Assembly: GCA_038257035.1 (NCBI GenBank)
Contig: JBBSJT010000069.1
Coordinates: forward strand, 1-12,458
DNA from: Chlamydiia bacterium
Lineage (GTDB): Bacteria > Chlamydiota > Chlamydiia > Chlamydiales > Parachlamydiaceae
DNA length: 12,458 nt
Direction: 5' to 3'
The notes under the pieces were generated by a model. It was given only the letters and a program-made list of their open reading frames with translations, had not been told where the DNA came from and made no database searches. Positions 7,812-12,458 of this stretch are shown piece by piece. Each line of letters opens with the position of its first letter. Position 1 is the first letter of the stretch. A program made the translations under genes and the position numbers.

Positions 7812-8119
7812 GGATTTTTTTACCGCGAAGAGCGCGAAGAAGCGCGCTAAAGCGCGGGAAGAAACGCGAAGAAGCGCGCTATCGCGCGAAAGGAAGGTAT
7901 TAAAAAATGCTATTACTATTATGTCTTTTTTAAAAATTGTTTTTAATAAAACAAATTTTTAAAATTATCTTCTATGCAATTTGCAAAGAGGATAGACCAC
8001 TATGATTAATTTAAGTTATCTTCTTGCTGCTCTTCTTCCTCGCGCGATAGCGCGCTTCTTCGCGTTTCTTCCCGCAGCGCAAGCTGCGCTTCTTCGCGCT
8101 CTTCGCGGTAAAAAGATCC
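7812..8119. repeat. Long GC-rich inverted repeat (~85-bp arms built from CGCGAAGA-like units) around an AT-rich spacer
   Basis: 7812-7896 and 8035-8119 are reverse complements. Blocks ACCGCGAAGAGCGCGAAGAAGCGC and GCGGGAAGAAACGCGAAGAAGCGCGCTATCGCGCG are identical in both arms. The short segment between them differs (GCTAAAGC vs AGCTTGCGCT). Confidence 0.92.
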
Positions 8120-8240
8120 AACAAAAACGTCTATTAAAAAAATCCCTTTCTTCTTCGTGGTAAAAAGGTTAACAAAGCCTTTAGAAAATAAGCCTGTTTT
8201 GCTACTATCAAAATTTAACAAAGACAAAAATACGGACAAA

Positions 8241-11099
8241 ATGAAAGAACTTGCAAAAGCATACGAAGCTAACATCATCGATTCAAAATGGTATGAATTT
8301 TGGGAAAAGAACTTATTTTTTAAGGCAGATCCCGCCTCTTCAAAGCCTGCCTTCTGCATCGTCATTCCACCTCCAAACGTAACGGGCGTTCTTCATATGG
8401 GCCATGCCCTCGTTAACACATTGCAAGATGTGCTTATCCGATGGAAAAGGATGAGTGGCTTTGAAACCTTATGGATTCCTGGCACAGACCATGCAGGGAT
8501 TGCCACCCAAACTGTTGTTGAAAGACACCTAATGAAGACAATGGGGAAAAAACGTCACGATTTTACAAGAGAAGAGTTTTTAGCGCATGTTTGGGATTGG
8601 AAAGAAAAAAATGAAAATCTAATTTTAAGCCAATTAAAACGCATAGGTTCTTCTTGCGATTGGTCAAGAAAGCGCTTTACGATGGATGAAGGTAATAATG
8701 CCGCCGTTCGTAAAATGTTTAAAAAACTCTACGATGATGGACTTATTTATCGTGGAGACTACCTTGTCAACTGGGATCCTGTTACGGAAACTGCCCTTGC
8801 CGATGATGAAGTGGAATATGAAGAGAATCAATCGTTTCTTTGGCATTTTAAATATCCTTTGAGTGATGGAACGGGTTTTGTTCACATTGCAACAACACGC
8901 CCTGAAACTATGCTTGGAGATACTGCTATTGCCGTTAATCCAAAAGATAAACGCTACATCCACCTTATTGGGAAAATGGTAAAACTGCCATTAACAGATC
9001 GAGAAATTCCAATTATTTCAGATTATCTTGTGGATCCTGAATTTGGTACAGGAATGGTCAAGGTTACTCCTGCGCACGATCCGAATGATTATCAAATGGG
9101 TCTTACACATAAGCTTGAATTTATCAATATCATGACTCCAAATGGGAAAATCAATGAAAATGGTTATAAATTTGCGAGCTTAACCATGGAAGAAGCAAGA
9201 ATTGCCGTAGTTAAAGAGATGCAAGATTTGAAACTGGTCGATAAAATTGAGCCTCACATGAACCGTGTGGGCATTTCCTACCGATCAAAAGCGGTCATTC
9301 AGCCCTACATGTCCAAGCAATGGTTTGTAAAGATGAGCTCTTTTGCAGATCCATTAAAAAATGCTGTTGAATCCGGTAAAACGACTTTTGCCCCAAAAAG
9401 TTGGGAAAATAGTTATTTTCACTGGATCAATAACTTGCGTGATTGGTGCATCAGCCGTCAACTTTGGTGGGGACATCGAATCCCGATTTGGTACAATGTA
9501 GAAAACCCTGAAATTACAATTTGCCATGATGGGGAAGGCGTGCCTGAAATTGTTAAAAATGCCCCAAATGAATGGCGTCAAGATGAAGATGTTTTAGACA
9601 CATGGTTTTCGTCAGCTCTTTGGCCTTTTGCAACACTTGGTTGGCCTGAAAAAACTGCGGAACTTGAAAAGTTTTACCCGAATGCGGTGCTAGTTACTGG
9701 TAATGACATTTTATTTTTCTGGGTTGCACGGATGATCATGATGGGTGAATATGCAATGAATGAGGTGCCATTTCCTGAAGTTGTTTTACATGGGTTGATT
9801 TATGGAAAATCTTATTGGAGAAATAATCCAAACGGTGGCATCACGTATGTTTCTGACAAAGAAAGAGTCGAATATGATCTTGGAAAGGCTGTACCAAAAG
9901 ATGTGGTATCCAAGTGGGAAAAGATGTCAAAATCCAAAGGAAATGTGATCGACCCTATCGAAATTATCGAACAGTATGGCACTGATGCCATGAGAATGGC
10001 ACTTTGTTCAAGTCCAACAGAGTCACGGGAGATCGATCTTGATCGCAGGCGCTTTGAAGAATTCAAAAATTTTGCTAACAAAATGTGGAATGCCGCAAGA
10101 TTTATTTTCATGCATTTAGATGGTAATGAAACCCAAAATTTATCTGCATTAACATCGGAAGAATTTCAAGAAGGACTTGAACCCCAAGAATTAATGCTGG
10201 AAGATAAGTGGATTCTTTCACGCCTAAATCAAACAATTGAAGATGTTAACAAGAAACTTGAAATCTACGCTTTTGATGCAGCTTCCAATGCGGCTTGTCA
10301 ATTTTTTTGGGATGAATTTTGTGCCTATTATTTAGAAATTGCAAAACCTGTACTATTTGGAAAATCGGGTAATGAAAAAAACCGCAAAAATAAACAAAAA
10401 CTTCTTGCCATTGTTCTTTTACAATCTTTAAGGCTGCTTCATCCTTTTGTTCCTTTTATTACGGAAGAGTTATTTCAGCTTTTAAAAGAGCGTCTTGATA
10501 ATGTAGAGCAAAATAATACAGCTGATCTTTACACAAAAGAAGCTGTATTAGCGCTCCAGTCTAAAGCTTGTATCGTTTCGCCTTATCCTAAAGTCATACA
10601 AGATGAGGGAAAAGAAAAAACAAACCAAGATTTTGAGCTTGTGCGCCAATTGGTTTATTTGATACGTAATATTAGGGGCGAGATGAAACTGCCGCCTGTT
10701 GCTACAAGTGATCTGCATATTGTCGGAAATGATGATGATCCTGATTTTATAACTTTGAAAAATCATCTTTCCATTGTTTCAGCACTTGTGCGAATTAATA
10801 TTATGGAAATGCATACTTCGGAGCCAAACTTGTCGATTGCCTCATCGGCCATGCTTAACTCCTTAAAAATTTTAATTCCTATTCCCGAGGAATTAATGAA
10901 ACAGGAGCTTTTGCGTCTTGGAAAAGAAAAAGAGCGTGTGACATTGTCTTTTGAAAAGGTAAGGATGCAACTTGAAAACGAAGATTTTGTCAAAAGAGCA
11001 CCTCCGCAGTTAATTGAAAAGCAAAAGCAATTGCTCTTTCAAGCTAAGAATGAGTTAGAAGAAATTGATTCAAAAATGCAAAGTTACAGCCGGACTTAA
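8241..11099 (+). CDS. valS: Valine--tRNA ligase, ~952 aa
   Basis: PPPNVTGVLHMGH (HIGH), GTDHAGIATQ, ATTRPETMLGDTA, VKVTPAHDPND editing domain, DWCISRQLWWGHRIP, DVLDTWFSS, KMSKSKGN and a C-terminal coiled coil. Start at ATG 8241 (MKELAKAYE) rather than GTG 8157. Confidence 0.98.
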   Translation: MKELAKAYEANIIDSKWYEFWEKNLFFKADPASSKPAFCIVIPPPNVTGVLHMGHALVNTLQDVLIRWKRMSGFETLWIPGTDHAGIATQTVVERHLMKTMGKKRHDFTREEFLAHVWDWKEKNENLILSQLKRIGSSCDWSRKRFTMDEGNNAAVRKMFKKLYDDGLIYRGDYLVNWDPVTETALADDEVEYEENQSFLWHFKYPLSDGTGFVHIATTRPETMLGDTAIAVNPKDKRYIHLIGKMVKLPLTDREIPIISDYLVDPEFGTGMVKVTPAHDPNDYQMGLTHKLEFINIMTPNGKINENGYKFASLTMEEARIAVVKEMQDLKLVDKIEPHMNRVGISYRSKAVIQPYMSKQWFVKMSSFADPLKNAVESGKTTFAPKSWENSYFHWINNLRDWCISRQLWWGHRIPIWYNVENPEITICHDGEGVPEIVKNAPNEWRQDEDVLDTWFSSALWPFATLGWPEKTAELEKFYPNAVLVTGNDILFFWVARMIMMGEYAMNEVPFPEVVLHGLIYGKSYWRNNPNGGITYVSDKERVEYDLGKAVPKDVVSKWEKMSKSKGNVIDPIEIIEQYGTDAMRMALCSSPTESREIDLDRRRFEEFKNFANKMWNAARFIFMHLDGNETQNLSALTSEEFQEGLEPQELMLEDKWILSRLNQTIEDVNKKLEIYAFDAASNAACQFFWDEFCAYYLEIAKPVLFGKSGNEKNRKNKQKLLAIVLLQSLRLLHPFVPFITEELFQLLKERLDNVEQNNTADLYTKEAVLALQSKACIVSPYPKVIQDEGKEKTNQDFELVRQLVYLIRNIRGEMKLPPVATSDLHIVGNDDDPDFITLKNHLSIVSALVRINIMEMHTSEPNLSIASSAMLNSLKILIPIPEELMKQELLRLGKEKERVTLSFEKVRMQLENEDFVKRAPPQLIEKQKQLLFQAKNELEEIDSKMQSYSRT

Positions 11100-11103
11100 A
11101 TTA

Positions 11104-11964
11104 ATGAATTTTATAAAAAAAATATTGTTCTGCCTGATTTTTTTCGCCTCATCAAACCTATCTGCAGGATATGAATGTGATGTTGCCGTTTGTGCTGTAT
11201 TTAAAGATGAGGGGCCATATTTGCGGGAATGGGTCCTATTCCATATGGCACAAGGCGTACAGCGATTTTATCTGTATGACAACTTTAGTTGTGATCAAAG
11301 GCTATGGAATCTTGAGGATCTAGTTTGTTCAGGCATTGTAAGAATCATTCCATGGCCCTGTAATTATTGCGACTGCAAAGGTTTTGATGAGATGCGCTGC
11401 TCAGCCTACATGAATTGCATTGAAAACATTAGAGGCAAAGTCAGATGGTGCGCTTTTCTTGATTGTAATGAATTTCTTTTCCTCAAAAGTTGTTTTCCTT
11501 TAAATGTCTTTTTGAAAAAATTTAAAGATTATGGTGCCGTAGCTGTCAATCGACAGGTTTTTGGGACATCCAACATTCCAATAGCACCTTGCGGGCAATT
11601 AATCTCAACTCTATTTTGGAAATGCCACCCTAAACATGATTGCTGTAAGGCTGTCAAATTAATTGTACAGCCAAAATATGTCGTTAGCTGCATTTCACCT
11701 CGTCATTTTAAATTTAAGATCGGAAAGCCTTGTGTCAATGCCAAAAAAAAAGAGCTAATTGATGGAAAGTGCAAGGATATTTGTGTCGATCAGATTTGCA
11801 TTAATCACTATATTTTTCGGGACTTGTATTATTATCACAACTTCTTGCGTCGTAATGTTTGCTGCTATTGGAATGACTGCAGCGGTCTTGATTTTTGCTA
11901 TTACGATGATTGCATCATTCGCTGTGTCCCGCCATATGATGGCCCCTGCTGCCCCAACAATTAA
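11104..11964 (+). CDS. Secreted cysteine-rich glycosyltransferase-like protein (GT92 / GT2-like fold), 286 aa
   Basis: ATG 4 nt after the valS stop. Signal peptide MNFIKKILFCLIFFASSNLSA. Family motifs AVCAVFKDEGPYLREWVLFH...GV.RFYLYDN.S.D, W.AFLD..EFL, FGTS, K.IVQP and INHY. 30 Cys counted. Confidence 0.85.
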   Translation: MNFIKKILFCLIFFASSNLSAGYECDVAVCAVFKDEGPYLREWVLFHMAQGVQRFYLYDNFSCDQRLWNLEDLVCSGIVRIIPWPCNYCDCKGFDEMRCSAYMNCIENIRGKVRWCAFLDCNEFLFLKSCFPLNVFLKKFKDYGAVAVNRQVFGTSNIPIAPCGQLISTLFWKCHPKHDCCKAVKLIVQPKYVVSCISPRHFKFKIGKPCVNAKKKELIDGKCKDICVDQICINHYIFRDLYYYHNFLRRNVCCYWNDCSGLDFCYYDDCIIRCVPPYDGPCCPNN

Positions 11965-11989
11965 CGTTGAGCACCCTCACGTTTTTTTT
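11963..11989 (+). terminator. Probable intrinsic terminator of the valS-GT unit
   Basis: AACGT(T)GAG-CACC-CTCACGTT stem with a one-base bulge, running into a T8 tract directly at the stop codon. Confidence 0.6.
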
Positions 11990-12028
11990 AACACCAAGAC
12001 CACAGAGAAAGACAGAGAGAAGAAGAGA

Positions 12029-12251
12029 ATATATACTGGTTCTACTTGAAAATGAAAATATGAACTTTTTTTTACCTTTTTTTTAACGCAAAGGCGCAAA
12101 GACGCAAAGACGCAAAGAATAAAAAGAACTCTTCGCATGCTTCAAGGGTCTTTTAATCTTTGCGTCTTTGCGCCTTTGCGTTAAAAAAGTCATTCTTAGC
12201 GGTAAACTTGAACATCAGAAGTTTTTACTTTCAAGTAGCACCAGTATATAT
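12029..12251. mobile_element. MITE-like element with TA-flanked terminal inverted repeats
   Basis: ATATATACTGGTTCTACTTGAAA (12029-12051) and TTTCAAGTAGCACCAGTATATAT (12229-12251) are complementary at 22/23 positions. TA runs at both ends; no coding capacity. Confidence 0.7.
12079..12188. repeat. Octamer-repeat palindrome with perfect 32-bp arms
   Basis: TTTTTTAACGCAAAGGCGCAAAGACGCAAAGA (12079-12110) has its exact reverse complement at 12157-12188. The unit CGCAAAGR occurs four times on the left and three times on the right. Confidence 0.92.
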
Positions 12252-12286
12252 ACACGGTCTACCTCAATTTTAAAAATTTTTAATTT

Positions 12287-12406
12287 TTTGTAGCGTAGGT
12301 TTTAACCTGCGCATGTTTTTGCAGGTTTCAACCTGCAAGTAAAATAAAACAGAACCAACGGGTTAAAACCCGTTGAACATGCGCAGGTTAAAACCTACGC
12401 TACAAA
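12287..12406. repeat. GTAG-type REP doublet (REPIN-like) with two extra internal hairpins
   Basis: Perfect 31-bp inverted arms at 12287-12317 and 12376-12406. Each has GTAG followed by the hairpin CGTAGGTT-TT-AACCTGCG. Inner 9-bp hairpins at 12319-12338 and 12356-12375. Confidence 0.88.
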
Positions 12407-12458
12407 GCAATCTTAATCTCTTTACATTCAAGTAGTCTGTATAGTCAGATGTTAGATG

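Noticed and set aside
7928..7964. AT-rich inverted repeat in the spacer of the large IR
   Set aside because: Almost entirely A/T runs, which is expected by chance in this composition.
7900..8240. T-box riboswitch upstream of valS
   Set aside because: No T-box consensus (AAnnAGGGTGGnACC-like) or terminator/antiterminator seen; the structure here is explained by the inverted repeat.
8006..8365. 119-aa minus-strand ORF with an R/E/A-rich tail
   Set aside because: It overlaps the valS start antisense, and its tail is just the translation of the inverted-repeat arm.
7088..10993. Short ORFs at 7088-7306, 8664-8963, 9354-9581, 9812-10111, 10548-10766 and 10763-10993
   Set aside because: Antisense shadows of the 361-aa hairpin protein and valS.
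11065..11103. Longer N-terminus for the GT-like gene overlapping valS
   Set aside because: ATG 11104 gives a clean signal peptide and avoids the overlap.
11759..12049. 96-aa plus-strand ORF with a hydrophobic look
   Set aside because: Alternate frame of the Cys-rich gene that runs through the terminator into repeat DNA. The hydrophobicity is probably a frame artefact.
11983..12443. CRISPR array
   Set aside because: The repeats are inverted and of different families. There are no regularly spaced direct repeats with unique spacers and no cas genes.

Overview
AT-rich bacterial DNA, most likely from an environmental (amoeba-associated) member of the Chlamydiae. This is inferred from the ValRS insert before KMSKS, a PknD-like C-terminus and a chlamydial-type F-box protein, all recognised from memory with no database search. 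The window starts in the 3' end of a probable pknD (+). Next is a ~6.6 kb block of seven minus-strand genes: a coiled-coil protein, an APC amino-acid permease whose RBS is buried in a perfect 15-bp stem, two small orphans, and a three-gene operon of two paralogous hydrophobic-hairpin proteins plus an F-box protein. valS (+) follows, then a secreted, ~10% cysteine GT92/GT2-like protein with an altered DxD motif. The intergenic DNA holds several classes of inverted-repeat elements, including a nested cluster at 11983-12443 (TA-flanked MITE-like shells, an octamer-repeat palindrome and a GTAG-type REP doublet). No CRISPR array, tRNA, rRNA or transposase gene was seen. All functional claims for the accessory genes are inference.
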